Assembly (NCBI GenBank): GCA_951406725.2
Contig: OX597814.1
Span: 201,066,001-201,130,000, forward strand
From: Octopus vulgaris
Lineage: Eukaryota
Length of the DNA: 64,000 bases
Direction of reading: 5' to 3'
Position 1 is the first letter of the stretch. Each line of letters opens with the position of its first letter. The notes under the pieces are model-generated. The model made no database searches, was not told the DNA's origin, and was given only the letters and a program-made list of their open reading frames with translations. Position numbers and translations under genes: made by a program. Below, piece after piece: positions 1 through 13,950 of the stretch.

Positions 1-57
1 TTTATAGGAAAAATGAAATTCTTTTTCATAATTAGTATACAAAACTTAATCTATATA

Positions 58-282
58 CTAAATTTGAAAACAACTGGAACAAAATTGTAGAGTGACGAAA
101 ACCACAAAGATCCCAATGCAAAATTCAAGGGCTGTTTGGACTAATCTCATGCCTCTACCGCCATCACTTCGTATCACATAAATCCTATTGGTGTTGCTGT
201 TAATGTGAAAGTTGCCATTGGTGGTCAGTACCTTTCTGGTTTTGATGTCCAAGCTGCGTATTCCATCACCTAAGAAGTTCAC
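58..282 (-). pseudogene. Non-LTR retrotransposon RT C-terminal remnant (R4/NeSL-like)
   Basis: Translation LDIKTRKVLTTNGNFHINSNTNRIYVIRSDGGRGM resembles the D.KTRK.LT....H..S...RLY..R..GGRGL thumb motif of RLE-type LINEs. Confidence 0.6.
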
Positions 283-1296
283 TTTCTAGCGCCTTGATCT
301 GGGGTTCAGTCCCACTTCATGGTTCCTTGGGTACTATAACCCAGTGCCAAAGATAGCCCTGAGCCACCTGAAGGTTTGTGAATGGATTTAGCCGAAGAAA
401 ACTGAAAGAAGCTCATCGTATGCATGTGTGTGTCTATGTCTATGTCATGCCTAAATGTGTGCGTGTGAGTTTGTGTTTGTGTTTGTGTCATAGTCGCACA
501 AGCGTTGTCTTTCATTTCCAGTTTTCCATCTGGCCATGGGGAAATGCTGCCTTGTTTAGAAACAGATGAGGTTTGAGGACAAAAAAGAGCATCTGGCCAT
601 AGAAAAAGAATTCTCTCTGACCCATACAAACATAGGAAAGTGGACGTTAAAACGATAATGACGACGATAACAACAAGAACAACAACAACAACAGTAAAGT
701 AAATGCTCTTATTTATTTCTAACCTTTTGACCAGCCAATAATAAAACAGTTTGATTACTTAATTGTTTGTTAATTAGATTTGCTTGTCTTTTGAAGCTAG
801 CGATTTATGTTGCCGAAATGATTATAAGTTAAACTAATTAAACGAAATAATTATGTACTGTGAAGTAAAATGTTTAATCTTAGAGCTCAGCAACTAATGA
901 GAAATGATTCTATCTCCTGACTTAGTTGTATTAAAATATAAAAAAATAGATTTCATAGTAATTCTAAAAGAAAATAAACTTCTGAAACCAGCCAGACAAT
1001 GTTTATGTTAATATCAATTAGTCAAGAATATATTACATTTTATCGGGGAAAAAAATAAGTTTGGATACTTTTCTGAGTGCATTTATGCGATGTTTTTGAA
1101 ACGTAGCAAAAAGAAATAAAAATTCATATTATTTTGAACTTGTTACAAAACAGCATAAGTCGAGAGTTGTGTAACGTAGAGAGAGAAGTGCTTAGACTAG
1201 AACAATTATAGAGAAAAAAAGTGTACAAAGCTTCTTTACGTATGTTATTTGTATTGTTAATTATTCAGCAGTGAGTATAAGTATACGCATATCAAA

Positions 1297-1740
1297 GGTG
1301 GCGTGCTGGCAGAAACGTTAGCACGTCGGGCGAAATGCTTAGCGGTATTTCGTCTGCCGTTACCTTCTGAGTTCAAATTCCGCCGAGGTCGATTTTGCCT
1401 TTCATCCTTTCGGGGTTGATAAATTAAATACCAGTTACGCACTGGGGTCGATGTAATCGGCTTAATCCCTTTGTCTGTCCTTGTTTGCCCCCTCTGTGTT
1501 TAGCCCCTTGTGGGCAATAAAGAAATAAGAAACGTTAGCACGCCGGGCGAAATGCTTAGCAGTATTTCGTCTGCCGTTACTTTCTGAGTTCAAATTCTGC
1601 CGAGGTCGACTTTGCCTTTCATCCTTTTGGGGTCGATAAATTAAGTACCAGTTACGCACTGGGGTCGATATAATCGACTTAATCTGTCTGTCCTGGTTTG
1701 TCCCCTCTGTGTTTAGCACCTTGTGGGTAGTAAAGAAATA
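1297..1740 (+). mobile_element. Tandem dimer of tRNA-derived SINE (family A)
   Basis: Head with B-box GAGTTCAAATTCC, then GCCTTTCATCCTTTCGGGGTCGATAAATTAAGTACCAG and an A-rich tail. The unit repeats at 1297 and 1529. Confidence 0.85.
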
Positions 1741-2169
1741 GGTATTCGCATATCAGAGTGCATAGGCAGTAATTTATTATTTCAGATCTGGCCGTCACGT
1801 GAACAGTATGCTTCGGCTGAAGTGGTCTAATGAAAGAAACTGAAACGTGTTTAGAATTGTCAATGTGTCTGCCAAAGACCACATTGATTTGTTCCTCTCA
1901 CCACAGGCGAGTTACCAATTTTAATTTATTTCAGTGTAGCCAACTCAAGACCATTTATGTGATTAGAAATTGTCTTCCCTGCCTATCTTGGTTAGATTTA
2001 AACCTTGATCGGGAGTTAATATATGCTTAATACAATTAAGGTTTGCATAAAGTATTCTACTTCGCCACGTAGAATATAGCTCAGGTGACTGATTGAATTA
2101 AAGCGATCAGGTTATTTATAAATGACGGTTTCAACATTTGGCATGCGGCCACTAACATTGAGGAGATAT

Positions 2170-2355
2170 TAGTCAATTCCATTGACCCCAGTGTTTGACT
2201 ACTACTATATTTCGTGACCCTGGAGGGGACCGATAAAACAAAGTGCAATAAAAGCAAAGTCGACTGGTTGAATTTGAACTCAGAACATAACGAACCGGAA
2301 GAAATAACTTCGAACATTATGTCCGGAACTCTGCTAAGTCTACCAACTTGCCGCC
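2170..2355 (-). mobile_element. Degenerate family A SINE
   Basis: Diverged reverse complement of the 1297 unit (GAATTTGAACTCAGAAC, ATTGACCCCAGTG). Confidence 0.6.
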
Positions 2356-3376
2356 TTACGTTATACATAATATTAGACAAAATATTCTTCAGTTACCAAC
2401 AGCTAATAATCTGCTGTATAGCCCAGGGAGGGAGAGAGGGAACGATGTGGTAGTACTCCCACATCAGGTTTGGAATTGCTTATCCATACACCCAAATATC
2501 TTCGACAGCATCCAAAGAATAGTCACGTGACAACTTGACATAACGTCAGTCACTCAAAAACGCTCACATGTGTGATGTCAACTCTCCTCTCCTGTTGCTA
2601 CTCAGTGGCCTCAGTCCCTCAGACATGACTGATCATGTGTTCCATCACTCGTTTCTCCTCTTCTCATCACTTATACAGTGATGAGAATAAGCGAAGGTTA
2701 TAATTATGAAATTTGTGTTTTTATACTCAAAAGTTCTTAACATCACTTCAAAGTGCAAACTTTTAAAATATAAAATGTCTTCGCATGCCCATCAGAAGAA
2801 TTAATTCATAACATAAGCTGCGGCTGTCGAAAATTATATTGGCCAAATCCGAATGTCAAAGAGAAAATGGATGACTGTTCACCAATAACAAATACGTCAT
2901 CCAAGCCACGTACAAAAAATCGACTCAGTATTTAGATAGATGAGCAGGAACTCGGTAACCACATTTTGAACATCTGCCATAAAATCAATGTACAGAAAAT
3001 AGGACAGAAAAACAAAGAATCAATGAGAAACTTTTTTATTGAGAAATATAAAACAAGTTTAAATCGATAACCAATTACTGATGTTTATTGTTAGTTAATT
3101 TCTCAATACTTATAGAATACATTTTTTTGTCGTTAAAGTCTCCAAATTCACACTCTTTCATAATTTGGGTTTTTTTACGGCTGAATGCTCTTCTTAACAC
3201 CAGTCACCCGGCAGAGTAGATTGAATGTTTTTACGTGGCACAAGCACAGGCGAGGTCAGTTTTGGCAAGGTTTCTACAGTTTGATGCACTTCCAAATGCC
3301 AACCACTTTACAGTGTGGACTGGATACATACATACACATATACATACATTCATACGTACGTACGTACATACATACA

Positions 3377-3408
<32 letters not shown>

Positions 3409-3735
3409 CACAACAATCCCCTGCTTTTCCTTTCTTCCAGATATAGATACTTACATCCTCATCTATACAACTGCATATTTTGCCGCTTCCTCTCTTCTTA
3501 ATTATAAGCCTCCCATAGAAACCCATTCACTATTTCTCTTTTCCACGGTGTCTACACTTCTCTTTTTATTTTGACGAAGCTCTAATGTCCAAAATATAAA
3601 AGAGACACTCTCTTTCCATTAAAGAGTTAAGCTAAAACCGTATTTGTTAATCGTTGTTTCTCCAGCATTGCTCTCGTTTTTTTTTAATGGTCGTTGTATT
3701 TTACACTACACACAAATATATATATATATATACAT

Positions 3736-3796
<61 letters not shown>

Positions 3797-4105
3797 GCGT
3801 GTATATATATGAATGTATGTATATATGCCGTTTACTTCAATCAATCACTCAATCAATCAAAAGATCAAATTCAATATCTATTTGTATGAAGAGGCTGTGG
3901 GTGCATACCGAGAGACACAAACTCCATCCTCATCTTCCCTGGTTATCGACGAAATATTAGTATATGCCCACAAGTATCTATGACATATAAACATGGAAAC
4001 ACATTACCATACACACATACACATACGTATATATATATATATATACACAAATATTTATTCATGAACATACACAAGTAACTGTAATAATATGTGTGTGTAT
4101 GTATG

Positions 4106-4136
<31 letters not shown>

Positions 4137-4164
4137 ATATACACATAAGCATATGTATATATAT

Positions 4165-4198
<34 letters not shown>

Positions 4199-5479
4199 TC
4201 AGATATATGTAATTGTGTATATATTCATGTGTGTGTGTGTCTGTATATAATATATATATATAAATATATATATATATTTATATACAATACTTTTCTGTTA
4301 AACATTATATTATCAATCATACTATAGTAAAATGTAATGGCATTTGTTCCATAAAATAATATTAGAAATTCTATTTCAAGTTTTGGTTTGTGGTACAGTC
4401 TTTGTCCTCATTCTTTTATCTTTGTATTGCATAATAAGCCTCCAATTATTGTTATAACACCTATTGATAACATTCTTTCATTCCATCGCGGTTATTGGAT
4501 TTGAGTTACTTTATATCATCATTCATTTAGAATTCCTGATACATTATTGTATTTTATTTGATTTCTTACGTTTATGAATGCCATCAGAATAGTTCTATCA
4601 GTCTGTTATGTTATGGTTCTTTAGTGCTGATTATTATGGACTTATTTTTGCTTAATCACCATTTTCTTCTTTTAGAGTTATGTTATCAAACATTGCTGTG
4701 TTTGTTTCTTCTGCTGCTTGTATTTCATTTTCGGATTTTTATTTCTGAATGGATAAATCCTACAACATCAGATGCATTATATTTTCTGAGATGAATTGTT
4801 ATTATCCTGCTTTAATTCATGAACAGTTAGGAAAGCTGGACTGTGAAGCTTAAGAAAACCACTAATAGAAATATCTATGTAGGGGAAGGAATAATAAGAA
4901 GTTGGGAAAGAAAGCAATGATTTTCAATTCTATGTTATTAGAAGATGAACCATTTTCTAACAGCCTCTGATTCATCACAGAATTATAGATTATTTAATTG
5001 TTGAAGCCTATGATTTAGAAGTTTCTGGAATGTTATTAATTTGTCTTGTCTCTAAGCTGGAATATGTAAAAATAATTTACTAAACCAACTGGCTTTGAAA
5101 ATTGTTATATATTTTACAATAATAACCAGCTCCTTCTGTTTCATTTGTGGTCATGAATATACATTGATCAATGTTTGAGGATAGTTAATGTTGAGCTAAT
5201 GTTACTCGACAGAAAGAAATATATGTTCTACTGGTTTTATGTTCAAACAAACTAGATCCAGAAAATTACCATTTCTAAATCTCTCAACGTGACATATTCA
5301 GCAACAGCACTTTGTAGTAAAGATTGTTTGCCAACATAACATGGCAGTCCTGGTTTTGGACGAATGTTGCTGCAATTTAGCCCCAGGAGACATCGTCTCT
5401 AGCTGGCTGTACGACACAATCTGTGTCCTTATATTTTCGAACAAGGACATCTAGCACTCCCACTCAGCTCAAAACAATA

Positions 5480-5524
5480 TCTGTGTATTGCAATTTCTGG
5501 GTTATTTCCCTTCATCAGCACAGA
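5480..5524 (-). ncRNA. Minimal type I hammerhead ribozyme
   Basis: Minus strand: TCTGTG-CTGATGA-A GGG AAATAA CCC A-GAAA-TTGCAA-TA-CACAGA. Helix I 6 bp, palindromic helix III, AUA triplet. Confidence 0.85.
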
Positions 5525-5607
5525 ATAATTGCTCGGCTAGAGATGGCGCTGCTAAATTCCTGCTCGAAATATAAAGTTTTCAAAGTGACAACTAGTCACT
5601 GATTTAT

Positions 5608-5652
5608 TCTGTGCTGATGAAGAGAAATAACCCAGAAATCGTGATACACAGA
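5608..5652 (+). ncRNA. Minimal type I hammerhead ribozyme
   Basis: TCTGTG-CTGATGA-AGAGAAATAACCCA-GAAA-TCGTGA-TA-CACAGA, with one helix II mismatch. Confidence 0.8.
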
Positions 5653-6011
5653 TATTGTTTTGTGCTGAGTGGGGTTGCTAGATTCCCTTGTTCGAAAATA
5701 TAAGGACACAGATTGTGACGTATAGCCAGCTAGAGACGATGTCTCCTGGGGCTAAATTACAGCAACATTAGTCCTAAACCAGGACTGCCATGTTATGTTG
5801 GCAAACAAACTAGATCCAGTCTCTCACATCTATCCTGCACTGTCATTTTAAAAATGAACAATCACATCATTGAAATCTTACAGCTGCAATATAATGCATG
5901 GTTAATTAAAAAACAGTGTCAGTAAATAAGCATTACAGTTGACGAAGTAATCTACATGCTAAATGATTAAAGCAGTATCTATTTAGCAAACAGTAAACTA
6001 ACAATCTAATA

Positions 6012-6801
6012 CAGGTGTACCTCACCCTGCATTGTTAATTGGTTTTAGGAAACACGACTTGAGTCGAAAAACGACTTAAGTCGAATTAACTTGTCTCTAG
6101 GCTTGGCTAGGCTGAATTTATTTGCCTCTAGGCTAAACCGATAATAACCATTCCCAGTTCTGTGCTTTATTTATGAATGCATTTTCAATAATAGATGGTG
6201 AATAAAAACCTATTTTAAGCTTACAAACAAATAATCTTTATTTTTTAATACAGTGCAGTAAAAAAAGTAATCTAAATTTATGAATACAATTTACCGTACA
6301 TTGCAGACGTGTTATTTATGAATGCGGTTTGCAATAATGTATGGTAAAATATGACAACTACTAAAGCAACACCTATTGTTACAAACAGCATTAAGCTATC
6401 AACCAGCATATTCCAGAGTGATAGTTTATCTGTAATATTGTTCGTACTGGCAGTGAATCTCTTGTCATCCCTGTTATTAAAATGTCAAGGCTACAAGCTG
6501 GGATTTGCAGTAAAGGATAAAATTAATATCACCCACACATTTTTTGTTCACTGAGCTACACTACTTTATGGTGTGTATCTTAACATTTACTGTATGTATC
6601 TTAATATGATTTTATATGCTTTTATTCTTATTTATTGTACAGTAACATGATTTTATGTACTTTTAATAGTTTTCTAGTGATTTTAGTAAAGTCGAGTAAA
6701 ATGACTTAACCCGATTTATATTTTTCCATCTATTATTTTTGAAAACCGATATATAATCGGGAACGACTTAAATTGAAATGACTTAAGCTGAGGTATGCGT
6801 G
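6012..6801. mobile_element. Tigger/pogo-like DNA transposon remnant
   Basis: TA|CAGGTGTACCTCA ... TGAGGTATGCGTG imperfect TIRs, with related ACGACTTAA subterminal motifs at both ends. Confidence 0.4.
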
Positions 6802-7811
6802 TGTATTAAGATAAACATCAGTTATAAAGACTAAATAGATCTTTATACAAGTCATTGTTATATGCTTTTATTGTCTAAGATCATCTTTATCACTAAAACT
6901 CATCAACTCGGATGTCCCCATAACCATAAACAAAGAAATCTTATATGGGTCCCGAAGGTCACATGGATCCTGGTTGAGAATCACTGCCCTATACTAAGGG
7001 TGGACCCGGTGGGAGGACTTGAGAGGTACGTGCCCTCTCGACCTCAAGAAAAGAAGTGTGCTCTTCTAAATAATGATATTATGCCCTTTTCTCTTAGAAT
7101 TATATTTCATTCTGACCTTGTGCCTGTAGCAAAGCTATATATTACATAGTAATATGTGAGCCGACCTGCACAGCAGATGAATATATCGATGAGGTATCTT
7201 ATCTTGCTTTGATACACTAGCCTCGATTTGATACAGTAACCTTGTTCTGAGACACTTGTCTCATTCTGAGCTACACTGTAGGAACTCTCAGTTTCTGCCA
7301 GGCTCCGGTCAAAGACACATGTCTTCTCTGCAACTCCACACACAATCTCCCATGTGCAACTCACATGTCTATTCACCTTGACACAAGATATGTGGTTCAT
7401 ATCGAAGATATCTTATCACACACACATTATCAAAATAACTGTTCTCATTACACACATGCATTGCATACATACTGTAATACAAATATTATATGTTATTTCT
7501 TTCAGTGCAGAAGCAAAAATCAAAATTCTCTTTGTATGTAAACACATGTCTTTGCATCATACTACATGCTTCCACCACAAAAGATGAACACAGAATAAAC
7601 AATATATTTATGCACAAAAATGTCTTATGCTGATTCATACGAACTGTTTTTCTATTTAATAACATGCACTTGAACAGCCAATGACAGCCTCTATATGCCC
7701 TCTCTTCGAAAAATTCCTGGGACCCCACCTGCTGTACAATACCAAGCTTCCTCAGTTACTCTTTCTGTTAACTTCATCACAGTTGCAGGTTGTGCTGTCT
7801 CATACGATACA

Positions 7812-8228
7812 ACTCTTTTTACTGTTTTACTTGTTTCAGTCATTTGACTGTGGACATGCTGGAGCACCACCTTTAGTCGAGCAAATCGACCCCAGGACTT
7901 ATTCTTTGCAAGGCTAGTACTTATTCTATCGGTCTCCTTTGCTGAACCGCTAAGTTATGGGGACGTAAACACACCAACATCGGTTGTCAAGCGATGTTGG
8001 GGGGGGGGGAACAAACACAGACACACAAACATATACACACACATACACTTATATACATATATACGACAAGCTTCTTTCAGTTTCCGTCTACCAAATCTAC
8101 TCACAAGGCTTTGGTCAGCCTGAGGCTATAATAGAAGACACTAGCGCAAGGTGCCACGCAGTGGGACTGAACCCGGAACCATGTGGTTAGTAAGCAAGTT
8201 ACTTATCACACAGCCACTCCTGCACCTA
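7812..8228 (-). mobile_element. tRNA-derived SINE (family B, CORE-like centre)
   Basis: Reverse complement of AGGAGTGGCTGTGTG..GGTTCCGGGTTCAGTCCC..ACCTTG; matches the copies at 49057 and 50024. Confidence 0.85.
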
Positions 8229-8997
8229 TATACTTCAATTTCAGAACCTTCCATAATAATTCAATTCACAAACACAAACACACATTTAGTTTCCATTTTC
8301 AAACTTTACTACAATATTCTAATATTTCAACAGCACATTGTAATATCATTCACATCTCAGTAAGTTTCATTGCTGCTTTCAAACACTTTAAAACTATTTC
8401 ATATGCTTTTTACAGCTGCCTGACTATTTCTCACAGTAAAACCTTTCAATGTTAATATACCAACCCGACATATTTGCAGTTCAGGATTTCTAATATACAA
8501 GGTCACAGTTATTTGTTGATATCGATAACTAAATCTAAGATTTAAGAGCTAAATACGATCGGTTTATAGCCCATAAAGTAGAAGAAAACGATTCTGTTTG
8601 CTGTAATGCAAACTCTAGTACTTTTCCACTATGTAACTCTAGTTTCAAATCTGGAATCTCCTTCAGTCCTAGTTTAGTGTACAAAATCGATTTGAGTGAA
8701 AATAATGAGCATATTCAAAAAGGGAAATTAAACACTTCAGTTTCTATTCCTGAGTGAAAAATTTAACATTTATGTAGTCAAATAATGAGATGACTGAAAT
8801 GAATTAGTTCTTTAACTGCTTTGAGCAACTGCTGGGAGGCATTGAGAGTGGAAGCATGAGAATGGACAACTTAAAGTCAGATAATTAAGTTCTGGATCTC
8901 CTTCCATACATGACACTCTCTAAATACACGACTTCACAAAAAATATTAATAAGTGTTGACTTCCCCTCCGCCTTCTTCCCTTTCTCATCTTCTCCCT

Positions 8998-9089
8998 CTT
9001 CTTCTTCTTCTTCTTCTTCTTCTTCTTCTTCTTCTTCTTCTTCTTCTTCTTCTTCTTCTTCTTCTTCTTCTTCTTCTTCTTCTTCTTCT
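8998..9089. repeat. (CTT)n microsatellite
   Basis: Pure trinucleotide run. Confidence 0.95.
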
Positions 9090-9693
9090 AATTTAGATGA
9101 CAATTAATTCACTGCACCCTGTATATATATATATTAGCCACCGATTGCTGGCCTTTCGTGTCCAGCAGCCGTTGCGGCAAGACACACTTTTTTGTCTCTC
9201 TGTAGCCCTAAGGCTTTCTTCTAACACCAGCTCGTAAATTTACTCGTCCTGTCGAAAAAACGCTTGTCTGTGACGTCCTGTTTTTGTTGTTATTATTATT
9301 ATCATTATTGTTTTTACGTATTTTTGTATTCTTATTCGTGTAACATCGTCCGTTTTTCCGTCCTTGTTTTGTATACATTCGAGGCTTTCTTCCAAGGAAT
9401 CTAATGCGCTTGGCTTGGATTTTCCTTTGGGGCTGGCCAGATCGGAGCAATGTCAAGATTAATCAGCCGAAATTGCGAAGATGATCCGGTTCTTGACTGA
9501 AGATTGAAGGCTTCGAATGTCCCGTCCGTGTTTTTTGTATCGTTTTCTAAATGTTTCACGTTCTTGTCCCAGTTTGTATTTTTTTACATTTACGTATATA
9601 TATATATATACATAGTTCATGTTTAGTTAAATGAAGGAAAAAGGTGGAGAGTTAAAATGATAATTATTAATTATTAAAAAATTGGTAATCTTT

Positions 9694-9794
9694 ACTTATT
9701 ACAGCCGTTTCCATTAGTGCTCAATAGGTAAATTACAAATTTATGTTTTAAATTTACATTTATATGTTATGAACGTAATTTCATCAGAGAAAAA
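9694..9794 (-). ncRNA. Type I hammerhead ribozyme with extended helix II
   Basis: Minus strand: TTTTTCT-CTGATGA-AATTACGTTCA...TGAGCACTAATG-GAAA-CGGCTG-TA-ATAAG. Core intact, GUA triplet, helix I imperfect. Confidence 0.65.
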
Positions 9795-10018
9795 TATATA
9801 CATTAAGATATTACATGCCAGCCTTTGCATTCATGCAAGCAGATTAAATAAAGAGATAGTATTTTTTATTGTTTTGTGTGAGAGGAGGGATAACAGATCA
9901 GTTAGAATATAATGGCTAATAAGGTAAAGTAAAGAATAAGATAAAATAAAATAAAAAGTAAATAAAGTAAAAATGGAAATAAAATAAAATAAAGAAAATT
10001 TTAAATAAATAATATAAA

Positions 10019-10200
10019 TCTATTATATAAAATCCGTTCTGTCTGTCTGTGTGTGTGTCTTCTAGGATCTTGGGCATCTTCCATCCGATCGCGCTCAAAT
10101 TTGATATGTAGATACCGACGGTATCAGGGCGTGTATAAGTCTTGAAAAAATTACAAAAATCGATTCCAGGTGAGAATGCAATCGATAAAGCCATACGCAA
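10019..10200 (+). mobile_element. Helitron-like non-autonomous 5' end
   Basis: A|TCTATTATATAAAA followed by (TCTG/TG)n, as at the 37980 and 50513 Helitron 5' ends. No 3' end found. Confidence 0.45.
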
Positions 10201-11199
10201 GAAACCTGCACGTGCAGTTTGCGCAAAAAAAGCTGGCTGGCTTGAAATAATGCCACAAATTGCAGCATATTTAAGAGACCAAAAAAGTAAGATGCAAAAG
10301 AGATATTTTCTTCAAACTTGGCATGAAGGAAGGAAAGACTATTTGGTTTCTCAAGAAGTTTTTTTTTCTGCCTTAACTTCGTTTAACAAAACCAAAAAAT
10401 TGTATTGAAATAAAGGCATGCTTAATTATTTTTTAATGAAAAATAAACACTGATTGCTTTTTATTTAAGGAAGAAAATACTATTTTCTTGCTAATAAATG
10501 ATTTTTGTTGCCTTACAGCTTTAAACCAAAAAAGTGTGTTTTTTAGTGAAAGAAAACCATTATTGTATTCAATCAAGATTGTTTGAGCTTTATTTCAAGG
10601 CGAATGTAGTGAAAATACTTCAATTTTTGAAACAAAAGACTATTTGCTTGCTTCTTAATCGTGCAATATTTTCATTTTCTGAACGTACACAATTAGCCTA
10701 CAATTGACCAGTTACGTTCTCATAAATTCATCCTGCTTTTCCATCTAGATTTACCTCCAGCTAACCCTTTTGCATGCATTGTTTTTTCCTGCTTTTCTTC
10801 CGTCAACCTGTACATAACTGCACCTTCCATTTTTTGTTGTTTTTGTACTGCTTAAAGGCACGTTTCTTTCCTGCCAAGCTTACTGTTTAAACCATGTTTG
10901 TGTTCACCCAGTCAGCAGCCTTATCATTACTGGTACTTTAAACTCTTCGGTTGCATATTTGTGTGAATAAAATCGTTTTTCTTTGGAATAGAAAAATAGT
11001 CTATCTTTATTTCTTCTTTTGCTGGTGTCTCAAATTTAGGTTAAATCAGTGTTTCTCAAAGGGGAGGCCTATGGGACGGTCGGACAAGTTGTTTTGAGAA
11101 AATTTGGTTTAAATGTTTGACAACTCAGCACCATCCATTGGATGGGGGGGTTTACTTGTATAAAATAAGTAAATAACAGAACTAAAATACCCAATTATG

Positions 11200-11267
<68 letters not shown>

Positions 11268-11618
11268 AACCCCTCAATGTTAGTTTCCTTGTCCTGTTTT
11301 TATTCTTTATGTGTACTGTATTTTTATTTGTATTGCTTTTACGTCCTATTCTTGTCACTTTTTTTTCTTTTTTTACTCCTCTGCAAAAGAATTTTATTTA
11401 ATTCATTTTACAGGAAGGACTACTTCGGCCAGATCGTGTTCTGCCCTTACCTTCGAAACACGCATTGAGTCGAACCAGAGGCAGTTGATGAAGGGGAATA
11501 TTCCTTGTATTGTTTGTCTTGTACTCTGTTTTTCGTTGTTAAAAAAAGTCCGTTTCCTTGTTTGTTTTTTATGTTTTCGTTTCTCGTTGTGTTCTACGTT
11601 TATTTGTGGTGTCCTGTA

Positions 11619-11664
<46 letters not shown>

Positions 11665-11773
11665 TGTAGGTATGTACATATATGTATGTATGTATGCATA
11701 AGTTTTATTGATAAATTGTTATTATATGACTGAACGCCTCGCGTCGCTTCTTATCCTCCAAGTACGTGTTTAT

Positions 11774-11852
<79 letters not shown>

Positions 11853-12961
11853 TTGTGTAAAGACATATACATTCATAATCATTCACATATATATAAAAAT
11901 CAATTTATTTCCTCTATAAGAGGACACCTGGGTTTGTCTCTTCCATACCTTAGCTTTTCAACACCTGGCATTAACTACTTCCCCCTCTCTTAAACACTAT
12001 CCCCTCCACTTATTTAAGGGTGTCTTTTTCCTGTTGTTCTCTTCTCTTGCTAGTTACTTGCCAACTTCAGTAGTGCAAGTGACGTGAAATAACAAATAAT
12101 GTCTCCAGTAAACGCTATGAAATGGTTGGCATTTGGAAGGGATGGATGCCCTTCCTAAAGCCAATTACTAGAAGCCATTCCAAAGCTGACACTGAAGCTC
12201 TATGTGGCTTTGCAGCTTGTTGGATCTTGTCAAACATTTGATGATAATATATTGACATAGAGGATAGACTTGACTATGAAAGATCAGAGCAAGTTTTACA
12301 AAAACAAATTTCATTGTGATTTATTGTGTAGCAAGTTGGGTTGAATGAAGTTGCCAAAGGGAATTTGAAATGTGATTTAATAGAATATTAAGAAGATAAA
12401 GCTTTAAGTAATCCATGAATGAAAAACATTTCTTCAGAACCATCTCACCTATGCCACATTTGAGCATTATTTCATATACACCAGAGATGTGAATGTTAAA
12501 AAAAATTCTTTGAAACTTGATTTAAATTTTTTTGTCTTGTTATCCCTTTTTTTGTTGTTGTTGTATTTAAAAGCAGTGTTGGAAACATTTAATTCAGACA
12601 AAGTTATCTGAGTGAAAATAATGACTTTTTGTATTGCTGTATATTTTATTAGCTTTAAAGACAATAAGTAAGCCAAATAAAGATTCTATCACTACTTTTG
12701 TTCTTGTATGCAGGCTTCGACTGAATGCAAGATCAAAGGTTCTGTTGCTGTGTGCTCGCAAGAATTCTCCTTCAAGTCGTTTGAAAAGATTGAAAATATC
12801 TTCAAAGGGTCTTGTCTTTGATTGTCAAGCTCTTTCAGCATCTTATAATGTAGATGTTTTCAGACTAAAAAGATACATGTGTATATGTGTATATCTATGT
12901 ATACATAGATATACACATACATACATACACATACATACATACGTACATATATATATATATG

Positions 12962-13006
<45 letters not shown>

Positions 13007-13075
13007 GTGTGTGTGCATGTGTCTGTGTGAGAGAGAGAGTATGTATACACACCCATTAATTCATATATTTACATG

Positions 13076-13119
<44 letters not shown>

Positions 13120-13225
13120 TGCATGTGTATATGTATGTATTTACATATGTATCTGTCTATATGCATAATCTCTCTCTCTCTCTTTCTCTCTCTCCCTCTC
13201 TCTCTCTCTATATATAGATAAGTGT

Positions 13226-13260
<35 letters not shown>

Positions 13261-13617
13261 TGTGCGTGTGTCTGTGTGTATATGATGTCACTTTACATAG
13301 ATAATAATATGAAATGACATTCACAGTTTCTGATATCACCATTTCTAATATTCGTAGGAATATTCATAAGACAGGATAAGTTCTTTACCACAAAGTGATG
13401 ATTAAGTTAGGGAGATGAGTTGGTGAGGAGCTAACGAGACATACAGCGATATGTGTTGTGAAGATGCTACAGAACTACACTCAGTGTTCTACACATCCAG
13501 TATTGTTTCTACACATCCAGTGTTGTTTCTGAATCTGAGCCAAAGCTGTTTGCCTGCTTTGGTTCCAGGAGCAACATAAGTTTTAATATGTTGGATTAAA
13601 CTTAGTTAAATATATGT

Positions 13618-13850
13618 TTCTTTACTACCCACGAGGGGCTACACACAGATGGGACAAACAAGGACAGACATAGGTATTAAGTCGATTACATCGACAACAG
13701 TGCGTAACTGGTACTTTATTTATCGACCCCGAAAGGATGAAAGGCAAAGTCGACCTCGGCGGAATTTGAACTCAGAACGTAGCGGCAGACGAAATACCGC
13801 TAAGCATTTCGCCCGGCGCGCTAACGTTTCTGCCAGCTCGCCGCCTTATC
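13618..13850 (-). mobile_element. Family A SINE with 20-bp TSD
   Basis: Full copy flanked by AAACTTAGTTAAATATATGT at 13598-13617 and 13851-13870. Confidence 0.9.
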
Positions 13851-13950
13851 AAACTTAGTTAAATATATGTGTATATATGCTTTGTACTATAGGCACAAGG
13901 CCTGAAATTCTGTGGGGAGGGGAATAGTCGATTACATCAACCTCAGTGCT

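Larger units (their letters stand above)
5262..5808. mobile_element. Fold-back PLE-derived element with a hammerhead in each arm and an 18-bp flanking direct repeat
   Basis: Inverted arms ~5324-5528 and ~5604-5808. Direct repeat CAAACAAACTAGATCCAG at 5244-5261 and 5802-5819. Confidence 0.85.

Noticed and set aside
2521-2580. GTCACGTGAC E-box and CRE-like sites as a host promoter
   Set aside because: Short motifs only, with no linked gene.
3565-3610. TTGACGA..CAAA (also TTGACAA..GGAA at ~15317 and TTGATGA at ~11485) as hammerheads
   Set aside because: The GAAA box is missing or helices cannot be formed. Possibly decayed PLE ends, but not supportable.
9495-9530. CTGAAGA...GAAT hammerhead candidate
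   Set aside because: No convincing helix I or III, and GAAA is imperfect.
12713-12865. Possible host exon after a TGCAG acceptor
   Set aside because: No recognisable protein in any frame, no good donor site and no partner exons.
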